Positions 49,101-58,874 of a DNA stretch of 64,000 nt are shown one piece after another; the stretch's first letter is position 1; every line of letters begins with the position of its first letter. The translations under genes were made by a program, and so were the position numbers. The notes under the pieces were generated by a model. The model did not search any database and had not been told where the DNA came from. It was given only the letters and a program-made list of their open reading frames with translations. The stretch comes from Escherichia coli (GTDB lineage Bacteria; Pseudomonadota; Gammaproteobacteria; Enterobacterales; Enterobacteriaceae). The stretch is from the NCBI GenBank assembly GCA_032372955.1, contig GCA_032372955.1_4725.1; one strand, 5' to 3'.

Positions 49101-52100
49101 TGCACCGCCGCTTAACACCGCCCCAAGACCGCCTAGAATTTTTCCAAGCGGACTCGCCATGAGTCGTTTACCTAATGCGGTATCGCCGAGCATATCGAAA
49201 AGGCTTCCGAGTAATCCCCGTTTCTTCTCCTTTTCTTCTCCTTTATTGGAATCTTTGCCGGTGTCGTCCTTACCGTTTTCCTTGGCTGCACGCTTACGTT
49301 TCAGGTCTTCCAACGATCCTTCTCGAACACCATCGCCATTCCAATCGCGGTAATCCTTATCGCCACCCGGCATACGCTGGTCAAGAAGCTGGTAAATAGC
49401 ATCGAGGCGATCTACCATGCTCGACGTTGTTCCCACCAGTAATGCGTCAGGTGATTGGAAATTTAATCCCATCCGTCGTAGACCGTTAACGGTTTTACCT
49501 GGAAGGGCTTTAAGGATGTCCTTTGTCTTACGTAGCAGCGTTAACGGTAACGTAAAAGCTTTTACGCCGAAGTTGATGAGCTTTTCTTTTAAACGACGAA
49601 TCGCTTTACCGTATTTATCGACAAGTCCTTTCTGCATGTCGGCAAGCGTAAGTACGACGTTACCTTGTGCATCAACAACATCACCATCGATGTCTTCAAG
49701 ATTTTTGATGACTTGTCCATCAGAGCGACGGAAATACCCGCCAGCTGCTAACACCATGGACAACAGACGAGGCGTTGATTCTCCCTTGACGTAAACGTCG
49801 GGTGTTTTGTCAAGCTGTTTGTAGATCTCGACCGCACCGCGTTTTAACATCCGTGGCAGACTTAATACCGTCGTGATTCCATTAAGACCTTCACGTGCCC
49901 ACGCCTTAAGTCCTGAATTCTCAAAGGCACGACCAGCGCGAGTGACCAACCCTTTCTCGATATCCTCGTTGCTGATTACGATGTTTCCATCCGCATCAAC
50001 GAGTGGGCCTTTGATATCCTTCATCCGTTTTACGGCTTTTCCTGTCGCTTCGTCGAAGTATAACCCCTGACGAAGTTTGGCAGCCAGTATGCGTGGTTGG
50101 GATTCCCCTTTAACGTAAATGTCAAACGGAACCTGATCAACCTTGGATAATGCGCCGAACACAAAACGGTTGAAATTGATAATGCGTCGGCCGGAATTTA
50201 CCAAACTACCCAACGTGCGTTCTGCACCCCAGCGTGCGCCTTTAACACCCAAACGTGCGGTATTTTTAATTCCTTTCCAGAGGAGATTACGGCCACCTTT
50301 AAAGAGGTTGCGTGCACCGAGTTTTTGTTTGGCACGATCGATAAATGAAATGGGTGCTGTACCTTCAGGTACATCTTCACCATCCAGTGAAACGTTATTA
50401 GACCAGTCTTTCTCAGAAATGGCTTTCAGCAACGCAAGCATTTCAGTACGTTGTTCGGATGCTTCAGATAACGCTTCGAGATAAAGCTCTTGCCACGCTC
50501 GATTCTGTTCTTCAAGCGATGTGGTGATAACACCCGTGTCGTTCCACCATTTATCATAGCCGATGTTTTCATCAACGGTTACTGTTCCAACAGCCTTGCG
50601 ATCGATGTTCGGCAGACCCGCATTTTGGACGTCATCAACTGATGGTTTTGCGTCACGATAACCTAGCGCCAGCGCTCTTGTTTCCTGAGCGGTTAATCGC
50701 GTATTAACATCACTACGTTCAGCGTACTCCGGTCGGTCGATGTATCGATCGATTTCAGAGAAATACCGATCGTGATTAACCGAGTAGCTTCCGTCGCTAT
50801 TTCTCGTTACGATACCGATACGTTCCAGATATTGGACGTCACCAGTACGTTTCAGTAGGTTAAGGTTACGCTGGATATCCGGTTGTAACGATTTCAGATT
50901 TCCGTAGCGAAGATCCGCTCGGTTACGTTCCGTGTAATATTGCCCGCGGTTTCCAATGACCTGATGACGTTCGCCCTTATCGTTGACATCATCACGAATA
51001 CCGTAACGGTCACGAAAGTACGTGGAAAGTTCCTTAATAGCGTCGCGGTCAATACTACGATCGAAGTTGCTTTCATCCGTAAAACGAGCCGGGTCGAATG
51101 CGATGTTTGCGTCGCTATCTCGTGCCAGCTGCTTAGCCAGTGCCTTCCTGGCTTTTTCCGATAATTGTTTATCGGGATCGACGACCGAGATAACCTCATT
51201 GAAACGGCTGGCGTAATAACCAAATGAACGTTTGTTAAACAGGGTGTCGTTGACGCTTTGTTCGCGCGTGCGCTGAGCCACGAATTGCCCGCTGATGCCG
51301 TCATAGACCTCGTAGTCGGGATCGCTGTTTCCCGTGCGGATGCCTTCACTGCTTTTCAGAATGCGAGCAAGAAAACCAGGAATAACTTCATTGATGCTGC
51401 GGTAAGTTAAACCGTCGAAAGACGTCTGCTCCGCCAATGTTTCAGCGGTGTCGTTCATCACACGGAAGTTACGTCCGCTGTCCATGTTGAACGCCCAACG
51501 CCCTGCGCCGCGTAACAATTGCTTGTAAAACGGATCGTTAAGATTGAATTCGTTTTTACGAATATCTTCCTGGAGCAGTTTACCGAGATTACGCGTCGTG
51601 TAAGCGGCAGCCTCACCACCTTGATCCACGGCTTTTAACGCGCTAGCGAATTTAGCGTTGGGGTGACGTTTTGCTAAATCGCGTAACGCCATCCTGCCTT
51701 TATTAGCCATCCATGGTGCGACAGTTGAGCCAATGAACTGACCCAACATCTTTCCTTGCATTTCCTTAATATCGCCTTCTGACCCCATCCCATCCATCAT
51801 GGACATCGAGTCACGTGCTTCGTTTAAACCGTATAACGCATCGTTTGCGCCAGACACGACGCCTTTTAAAGCACCTAATGCGTTGGTGGCAAGGTTCTTC
51901 TTAACATCGGCAAAGAAACGGTTCTCGAAAGAACTCATCGCATCTAACGCGTTACCAAAGAAACGTTGGTACGCGCTACGGCGGAATTCTTCCGACATTT
52001 TTGCTTTAGCTGCATCAGGTAAAGCCGTATTCTTCTGGATGTTTTGTAATAAACCGATATAGACTTCGGCTAACTTTTTATGCTGATCAAAACTTGCACG

Positions 52101-52808
52101 TTGAATCGCTAAGGAACGATATTTCAGTTCCAGGCTTTTACGCATGTAGCGCGCGGCGAATTCATTGTTGAAACCAACCATCTTGGCGACGCCTTCTTGC
52201 ATCGCACTCATTTGTTTGTTGGTTACAGCGTACCGTTTGTCAGCGATATCGTCACGGATACTCTCTTTCGCTTGCTGCTCAGCAAACTGATCCGCGTTTT
52301 GGTTTGCTGATTCGCCTAATGCCTCGGCAACCTTGCGGGCGATCTCATCGTCCCCCGCGCTCGCCATGCGTTGACGAAGGGTTTCTTCAGCATGTTTACG
52401 TTCGTCTTCTTCCTTGGCTTCTCGCTCCCACTGCTCGAGAATTTTCTTCGAGAAATCGGGCATGCTCGCGCGGTATTTCTTGGTCAGTTGTGCAGCTAAC
52501 CGTTTTGAGCTTTGGACCTTAGGAAGAACGTCACGAACGGCTTCATTGTATAGTTCCTTCGTGGATCCGACGGCGGAATCGATAAGATCCATACCGTCGC
52601 TGTAGCCCTTAGGCAATGCGTTTCTGGCGATCTCCTTCATTCTTTCGTAGGAAGTAAGATCTTCAGCAGCACCTTTAACCGCGCCTATCGCAAAGCGTGT
52701 TATCGGTTTACGATCGTCTTTGGGTTCGTTAAAATCGAGATCCAGGGAGAAGTCATCATCCCAGTTATCCCAATTATCATCACCCTCAACACGGGTTTTA
52801 TCTACCAT
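46143..52808 (-). CDS. giant virion-type protein (2221 aa) with glycine-rich hydrophobic segment and embedded lysozyme/muramidase-like domain
   Basis: GGAGG RBS before ATG 52808; EHESGNY and GRGFIQVTG lysozyme-like motifs encoded around 46800..47290; Gly-rich TM-like tract; Pro/Ala/Ser/Thr-rich C-terminus. Confidence 0.7.
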   Translation of the reverse strand: MVDKTRVEGDDNWDNWDDDFSLDLDFNEPKDDRKPITRFAIGAVKGAAEDLTSYERMKEIARNALPKGYSDGMDLIDSAVGSTKELYNEAVRDVLPKVQSSKRLAAQLTKKYRASMPDFSKKILEQWEREAKEEDERKHAEETLRQRMASAGDDEIARKVAEALGESANQNADQFAEQQAKESIRDDIADKRYAVTNKQMSAMQEGVAKMVGFNNEFAARYMRKSLELKYRSLAIQRASFDQHKKLAEVYIGLLQNIQKNTALPDAAKAKMSEEFRRSAYQRFFGNALDAMSSFENRFFADVKKNLATNALGALKGVVSGANDALYGLNEARDSMSMMDGMGSEGDIKEMQGKMLGQFIGSTVAPWMANKGRMALRDLAKRHPNAKFASALKAVDQGGEAAAYTTRNLGKLLQEDIRKNEFNLNDPFYKQLLRGAGRWAFNMDSGRNFRVMNDTAETLAEQTSFDGLTYRSINEVIPGFLARILKSSEGIRTGNSDPDYEVYDGISGQFVAQRTREQSVNDTLFNKRSFGYYASRFNEVISVVDPDKQLSEKARKALAKQLARDSDANIAFDPARFTDESNFDRSIDRDAIKELSTYFRDRYGIRDDVNDKGERHQVIGNRGQYYTERNRADLRYGNLKSLQPDIQRNLNLLKRTGDVQYLERIGIVTRNSDGSYSVNHDRYFSEIDRYIDRPEYAERSDVNTRLTAQETRALALGYRDAKPSVDDVQNAGLPNIDRKAVGTVTVDENIGYDKWWNDTGVITTSLEEQNRAWQELYLEALSEASEQRTEMLALLKAISEKDWSNNVSLDGEDVPEGTAPISFIDRAKQKLGARNLFKGGRNLLWKGIKNTARLGVKGARWGAERTLGSLVNSGRRIINFNRFVFGALSKVDQVPFDIYVKGESQPRILAAKLRQGLYFDEATGKAVKRMKDIKGPLVDADGNIVISNEDIEKGLVTRAGRAFENSGLKAWAREGLNGITTVLSLPRMLKRGAVEIYKQLDKTPDVYVKGESTPRLLSMVLAAGGYFRRSDGQVIKNLEDIDGDVVDAQGNVVLTLADMQKGLVDKYGKAIRRLKEKLINFGVKAFTLPLTLLRKTKDILKALPGKTVNGLRRMGLNFQSPDALLVGTTSSMVDRLDAIYQLLDQRMPGGDKDYRDWNGDGVREGSLEDLKRKRAAKENGKDDTGKDSNKGEEKEKKRGLLGSLFDMLGDTALGKRLMASPLGKILGGLGAVLSGGASLTGLLGKGLISGTGALVKGGLSAAGWLGRGALMAGGAALNAVGGLSGLGAFLISPVGLAIAGGALAAYAGWKIYQHFAEKPDPMQKLRLIAYGAKGDDKDFNKKLLATETYLTDHVVMTGDTIGFDPKADSEKILEIWELSLEDSDRMNEWKRWYLHRFIPVFARAYKLWKEHMPDEKKYMEMDKYPNGENKVKWSEAFIWPSDSPDGPYYVEANPLGSSGATRYIAGQDVKTLMLKQLEAIKKEYQNQIKQYSHDEAIADWSRMSDTQRKSVAPNALRGQKASLRFNDKRYNSAGAKGRQKLDATAVIESVDRRGRKWVAGGYIDELTSLRVRAYGIKVPLLSQIKVLMELEDAVEPGVVAEGKGVKYGGDLVALYKKFATKFGRDVNSKRDQDIWFAWMNNRFLPVFLTYYQHVSDMGGQGLLSDVVQNLKDSQRWEIGEALVATQYRDEKGTLQPVWSWNSCGFSGTEANTTSSSTKSQLDLLKEYADKEKVREKNAEASQEDTDKLSKIQELMMKQAGYEKKDGVWQKKSRITGGMSNAEANYNPNGNRVGASSFTASATSNAGLGSTGDLTGLPNMGLQKPAMGPGPEAGRRALVKSAVKRGITDPMEMAMFLANIEHESGNYTHVREGNYKTPERLKQVFPYKFRDVQDAAQTISMGPEAVFERVYGNRKDLGNTQKGDGAKYLGRGFIQVTGKANYARLSKTLNKDLVSDPTYLETPEGAAEGSVAWWLNRGNVLRDPAKRGDVRQVRYLVNGGFNGLRDVEQRSAYWIQAAKNGTLKKMMDELSGSTSDDQAEGPTTAEQVKNEAAQEANGTPAVSNDPQAPVSSTIPESKPSAAAGTAPAPGEASPTPGSFETAKAAAGQPTSTPAPSDLPSNPGANRGISVPNTPAQVAQSATQTSVASENFYGSAGEILRQQLTTQQNIEKNTGRTNELISELIQAVKGSSIGKGSAGPSQQQTMSLPNRPQGISPTRTRYAQ

Positions 52809-53053
52809 GTATACCTCCAGTTCGATACGTTCCCATGTTACGTTGGAACGTGATGCACGAAGTTTACCTTCGGCATTGATAATGTTGAAGCGTAACTTCA
52901 CACATCGCCCGCTTGATTTTATCAAGCAGGTACGTAACCTAATAACTTCCTCGCCTCAAGCAAGGAAGCGATGGGTGACGCCATCACCCATTACGTCTCT
53001 CGTGTGTTCAGATGATACCGCCGCAGCCGGTGGTGGTAAAGAGGAGTGTCTCC

Positions 53054-54520
53054 ATGGCTAAAGTCAGAGAGCCGTTTAATATTAGCATTTTGCGCCTCGA
53101 TAAACAGCAGTTACGTTTTCTCCCCAAGATCACGAGCATGAGCATCCGTGACCCAAGCACCGGTAATTTCCACGATGATGGTTTCTATTCTTACACCATC
53201 TTTGGTAGTGCGGGTAGTGAAGATCGAGACCGTCGATTTGCGGTGATCGAATGCAAGGTTGAAATCCTACACCCCGTCATTTACGACCGCCTCATTCGAC
53301 TAAAACACCTCTATGGCGATATCATGTCGGGGAAGGCGTACGCTCGGTGGGATCCTGAACAACGCGACTTCGTTGCGTCTGATGCGTTAACAGGACAAAC
53401 AGGATACGGGTTCTTTGCACAACACGTCGCGGATATCAAGTTCGTTTCAACGGGTTCAGCTCAACGAGAGCTACGAATTAAAGTTGTCGAAGAGAACATG
53501 TTCAAAGCGATGACCCGTCACTTACTGGTATTGCCTGCGGGCTTACGCGAAATAGAAGTAAAAGAAGGCGGGTATGAAAGCGAGCAAGAAATCACGGAGT
53601 TGTATCGTCGTTTCCTTGCAATTTCTAACACCGTCCCTGATGGATTAAAAGATTATTCTGATCCCGTTTACGACGGTCAACGTTGGAGCTTACAGAGAAC
53701 ATTTAACGATATCTACGCTTTGTTGTTGGATATGTTCCAAGGTAAGAAAGGGATCTTCCAAGGTAAGTTCGGTTCACGTCGCGTTTGGAACTCAACCCGT
53801 AACGTTATTTCGGCAATTAACCCCACAACAGAGGTACTAGGGTCGCCCAACCAGCCTTCCTGTACCGCAGTTCAGTTAGGGTTATACCAGATGAGCAAAG
53901 CCGCCCTACCCGTGACGCAACATGCGTTACGTACGGGGATTTTGCAGGAAATATTTGTCCGTGATGTTACAGAAGTTGAACTTATCGATACCGAAACGAT
54001 GGAACGTGAACGTGTCACGCTTGATCCAGACACCATCGATGACTTTACAACATGGGACGGAATAGAACGTTTATTGAACACCTTAAGCGATCCTGGTGTA
54101 CGTAACGAACCCATCATGGTTAATGGGCGTTATCTTTGTCTCGTCTATGTGAACAATGATTCGTTTCGGTTATTCCGTGGTATGAGTGAATTACCCCCGG
54201 AGATGCTGAATAAGCCTGGTGCGGATGTTCACCCCATCACGTACACCGAGCTTATCTATATTGCCGGATATAAGTACTGGAATAACCTGGCTGCGATGGT
54301 AACACGTTATCCGGTATCGGGTATGCAATCCGTTATCCCGTTAACCTGTTACGCGCGTACAACCGTTGCAGCAAAACCGAAAACCGAACTGGATAGTAAC
54401 TGGGAACCAATAACGGATGAACGATTTATCGCATGGGAATACCCCGACTGGTTACCTAATGCCTCGTTCGTAGAAACTACTATTGTTCCTGCGCCATACC
54501 TCGCCGGTTTAGGCGGTGAT
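53054..54520 (+). CDS. RNA polymerase beta-prime-like subunit, N-terminal module, exon 1 (predicted 3' boundary)
   Basis: AAGAGGAG RBS; beta-prime-like segments ELYRRFL and GKKGIFQGKFGSRRVWNSTRNVI; boundary placed after U54520 by homology and frame. Confidence 0.6.
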
Positions 54521-55002
54521 AAGTCCTTGAAAAATAAAGACTTTTTTCAATGGAAGTTGTCCGGTATTCCCGAAAGGGAGTGCTTGAAAAACCTACGAAT
54601 TGCTGGGAACCCCTAAAGCTCAACGACCCATGAGGTGCCGAAAGGCAGAAACAACAGTTGAGATGCACTACCTCCCACGGAGGCTTAGGCTGAAAGAAAA
54701 GCCGCGTAAGCGGTGCTAAGGTGCGCGATAATGGGCAATCAGCAGCCTGGTTGTTGCGTAGTAATACGGCATTCTTGAAAACAAGAATGTGAAACAACGC
54801 AGGTTCAACGACTAAGGGATTTACCACCCTGTAGAGGACAAGCGTCTTCGAAGTGTAGGTTACCGTAACAGGTGTTGCTGAAGTATTCTTCAGCGAAGCT
54901 GACGGTTTGATATAGTCTCCTCTTGCATGAAAGTGCAAGCAGCCTGTGATGTACGTATCCATGCAGGCGGTCTCAGCGTAGCGACCTGAGGCGAAGACAA
55001 GG
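54521..55002 (+). ncRNA. group I intron (ORF-less), intron 1, boundaries predicted
   Basis: Q-like AATCAGCAGC 54737-54746, R GTTCAACGACTAAGGG 54793-54808, S GATATAGTCT 54909-54918, P8-like hairpin CTTGCA/TGCAAG; flanked by two halves of one conserved protein motif. Confidence 0.7.
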
Positions 55003-55182
55003 TTCGACGGTGATACGGTCTCGGTTAACGTTCTTTATTCCATGGAAGCCATTGACGAAATTACCAACTCGCACAAGAAGCGAGCTTTCTGGGTAAGTGG
55101 TAAAAATAAATTCAACATCGATATTGGTTACGATACGGTTGCGTTTCTATTACGCAACTTAACGGGACCTCGTGGAGCCTAA
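55003..55182 (+). CDS. RNA polymerase beta-prime-like subunit, exon 2 (begins FDGDTVSVNV...)
   Basis: frame encodes FDGDTVSVNVLYSMEAIDEI...IGYDTVAFLLRNLT, matching bacterial [20 protein letters not shown]...SQDVVLGLYYMT; stop at 55180. Confidence 0.6.
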   Translation, partial: FDGDTVSVNVLYSMEAIDEITNSHKKRAFWVSGKNKFNIDIGYDTVAFLLRNLTGPRGA

Positions 55183-55185
55183 CCC

Positions 55186-58100
55186 ATGGCAAAACTTAAA
55201 TACCTTGATTACTACCGACAGTTTGGTGTCAGACGCTACCAAGAGCTACTATCACCAAGATTACGTTTAGTGCAGCTACTGCAGCTGCCGCGTTATGCTG
55301 TCTATCATTACACCGCAACGGATCCTTCATTGATAGGTCCTCCAGAAAACGAATACATGCTGAGCAAAGAAAGTGCTCAACTATGGATTTCGTTTGCTGA
55401 TGATCTCGCAACCAAACAGGGTGCACCCCGACGTGATCAACGATTCCAACTCCCACGAGCGAAATTGGATTATCGTGCATCACATCGTCGTTTTCGTTTG
55501 GTTACCGATCTAAGCGCGGTGGAGAAAAACATCAACGCTCAGATCGTTGCTAACTACGCGCATCTTAACCACATGTACATTTATCGTCCAACGCTCACCC
55601 GTTGGTATGATGAATGGTTCAACGTACGTAAAACAATTTGGTCGAAAGCCAACGAAATCGCACAGCAAAGCGATCGTCAACACTTTTTGTTGTTCCGTAT
55701 ACCGTCAAAATTGCCGAAGATTTCGTTGATGCGTACCACGCAACAGGCACCGACCCGTAACAACCTCATGAATTTCGCCACGCCGGAGGAGCTGTCGTTC
55801 TTTGACTTCTTCCGCTGGTTGGGCGTCGATCGTGAGAACAGCACGATGGCTTCGTTAGACAGGGCCATGCTGGATAAGCTTAACGTCGTATTTACAGACG
55901 GTGTGTACTTCTTTACGCTGAATCTCGGCCTGCTGGAGGAATGGCGTACCGGACTTGTGAAGGAAGGGGAAGAACTCGATAAAACGACGCTTGAAACCTT
56001 CCAACGACGTTGGATGATGGCGGTAACACGTCTGTGGTCGCAGAGTGCGAATGAAGAAGAACAGAAACAAGAAGAGGAACAGGTTCTTCGTCAAGAGCGA
56101 GATATTCTTGCAGCCAGCCCGGATGCGGAGTACGATGATCGTGACGTCGTGCTTCCTAACGGTGAGGATCTGGCTACCGTTCTCGATCCCGATGAGTTAG
56201 AAGCGGAGTTGGTCGGTGGGTCGGATGAAGACGATGATGCTGATGCATGGAACGCCATCGTAGAACGCTCGTTCGAAGATGTCCGTGAAGTACCTGGGGT
56301 AGAAGTACAACCGGATTTCCAACCTGATGAAGATCAGGACATTACCGACGATCTCTTCGAAGTCGTTACCGACGATACCGAAGAAGAAAAGGTTGATGTC
56401 TTTGACGCGGCAACGTTACCAAAAACGCATGGCGAATATATTCAGTCGCTATCGGATGCGGTGTTGGTACGCGCGAGTGATCTGGCGGATGCGGGTCAGT
56501 TAAGCGGTGTCCAGTATAAAGCAGCGATGCGTAACGCCGACGCCATTCACGAAATCGAAGCACCCGACGGTTCTGGATTAACACTTGCTGAGTATGTCGA
56601 AGTTAAACCAAAAGCCGCAAAATTAGCTCCCGCAAAGGTTATGCCGGAAGCGGATGTTATCGTCGACAAGAGCTTATGTAAATCGACGCTCGCGGTGTGG
56701 GATAAACATTACGTCGAACACGTAATGCAAAAGGACATCGCAGCTGCCGTTGTTGCGGTACAGCAGGCGGGTTACCCTGTTACGGGATATAAAGTTGAAG
56801 ATGTTGTTGACGTGATGGGGGACTATCAAGTCATCACGATTAAACTGGCCCCTGTAGGCGGTGTCCCGACCACGTTCCCGGTGATGTTGCCGAAGGTTCG
56901 TAAGGACGGCATTTATGTCGTTAACGGTATCAAGTACCGGATGCGTAAACAACGCGTCGATAAACCTATTAGAAAGGTATCGTCATCTGAAGTCGCATTG
57001 AGTACCGCCTACGGTAAGGTGTTTGTTAAACGTTCAGAGCGCGTCGTTAATAACGCCGGTCGTTGGTTAACACGCCAACTTACGGCGATGTATTACGATA
57101 AGTCCTCGCCCTTAACAACGTTAAAACGCGGTAACGTCTTTGATCCGGCTGTCAAAGTTCCGTATTACTTCGCTGTGCTTGCACGCAACTATACCCAAAT
57201 CCAATTTGCTGATTGGGATATACGTCTCGATATAAAAACATTGCCGGAGTTCATCGGGGAAGATCGGTTCAACGAACAGTTAGCCGAAGGACTCCTGACG
57301 TTCGCGCGTAACACGTTGGGTGAATTCTTAGCAATCGATAAACGCAATCAGCTCTATATCTGTCAGTCGGGACAAACACCAACACCTGTAGGGACGTTCC
57401 CTGATTTCTTCGGCATTAATGCGGCTAAGATGCCGATCGAAGCCGCCGATCTTGAATTCATGGGTGTACGTATTCCGGTCGGTGTTGTTCTAAGTTATCT
57501 GGGTGGGCTTACCCCGTTATTAGAACATCTTAAAGCGAACTATCGTACGGTACCTCGCGGCTCTCGTATGGGGTTAGCACCCGATGAATTCGCAGTGAGC
57601 TTTGACGACGAAAGTCTGATCTTCAGTAAAGACGATCGCATGACGACGTTGTTGCTGGGTGGGTTTAACGAATACCGTAACTACATTGGTTACGCTCGCG
57701 GTGCTTTCGACAATCGAGATATCTATTTTAACGTTGTTGATGGTGCTGGACTTAAGGTTCGCCATTTGCGCGAACTTGAACTCATGGAGCGTCTTTTCAT
57801 CGATCCGGTAAGCCGTACGTTGTTGCAGAACATGGGAGAACCTACCGATTTCGCCATGTTGTTACTGCGTGCTGTTGAACTGCTTCTGGATGATTGGGCA
57901 CCTAACACGAACGATGTGAACTACCAACGTTTTAAAACGTACGATAAGTTCGCTGAATTGGTGTATAAGGACCTGGTTGGCGCTATTCGTCAGAATGAGA
58001 ACAGCAGTCAAGGGAACCGCCAGAAAATCTCAATCAGTCCGGTAAGCGTCTGGAACCAAATTCTCGACGATAGCGCTTCCATCGTGATCGATGAAACCAA

Positions 58101-58335
58101 CCCGATGCTGGATATCAAGCAGGGTGAAGAAGCAACGATGACCGGTATCGGGGGTCGTTCAAAGACATCGCTTCGACGCGCACGTGATCGCGAATACGAC
58201 AAGTCGGACATTGGTGTTGTATCCGAAGGTACGAAGGATAGTGGGGACGTAGGTATTTCTGCTTACCTCGCACCTAACGCAAACATTGTGTCTGTATACG
58301 GTGAAACGAAACCTTACGACGAGAAAACGGATGGT
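55186..58335 (+). CDS. RNA polymerase beta-like subunit, N-terminal module, exon 1 (3' boundary approximate)
   Basis: ATG 3 nt after the beta-prime stop; C-terminal part DETNPM...TGIGGRS...RRARDRE...SEGTKDSGDVGISAYLAPNANIVSVYGETKPYDEKTDG parallels E. coli beta DQNNPL...LGPGGLTRERAGFEVRDVH...[36 protein letters not shown]. Confidence 0.55.
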
Positions 58336-58874
58336 AGCTCGTCAATAATGAGTACATCAGCACTTGCAGTACCTGCTGCTGATAGAGATGATTAACGCTT
58401 TTAATAGCAGGGTCCGTCTATGTGGCGACATGTAGATGAGATTCACTGAATTGCGAAGACATCCGTCGCTGTTATCGACCAAAACGGATTCTGAAAAGAA
58501 AGACGGTACGGTATAAAAACAGATAATAGCTTAAGGACAATCCGCAGCCAAGTACCTAAGGATCGCTGTGAAGCGTTCTAAGGTAAAGGTTCAACGACTA
58601 AGGGATTCATCCCCCTGTACCCCTCGAGTGAGGCATTCTCCTTGGATAAGAGAATGGTGCTGGATGCGCTGGGAAGAAGTGAACTCTCGTTGAGGTGCTG
58701 AAGAAGCACCGTTTGAAACGAGATGTGATATAGTCTGCTCTTGCGTGAGAGCGCAAGCGGGAGGTGGTGCGCCTATCATCGCCTCCGGGATAAGACTAAC
58801 GACCTTATCTGAACAATCTAATCTCAGTCTTATTTCGGTAACGGTATGTTAATACTGAATAAGAACTAAATTCG
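58336..58874 (+). ncRNA. group I intron (ORF-less), intron 2, boundaries approximate
   Basis: P-like AATTGCGAAG 58449-58458, Q AATCCGCAGC 58539-58548, R GTTCAACGACTAAGGG 58589-58604, S GATATAGTCT 58727-58736; homologous to intron 1 with a compensatory change in the P8-like stem. Confidence 0.7.

Noticed and set aside
47236-52605. Many 60-200 aa ORFs on the + strand (and out-of-frame on the minus strand) inside the giant gene
   Set aside because: They lie wholly within the 2221-aa minus-strand gene, lack RBS signals and have Pro/Ser/Arg-rich composition typical of shadow frames of a long GC-balanced gene.
54793-54808. GGTTCAACGACTAAGGG considered as a possible tRNA T-arm (GTTCRA-like)
   Set aside because: No acceptor stem or anticodon arm can be built around it; it matches the group I intron R element and recurs identically in the second intron.
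54480-54962. 160-aa minus-strand ORF spanning the end of the beta-prime exon and intron 1
   Set aside because: Overlaps the conserved intron core and the beta-prime coding region; no RBS; most likely spurious.
54617-55185. Treating the stop at 54616 as the true end of the beta-prime-like gene and the following ~570 bp as plain intergenic spacer
   Set aside because: That reading leaves the protein without a DFDGD catalytic loop, whereas the downstream frame encodes FDGD plus the next conserved region, and the spacer carries group I core elements.
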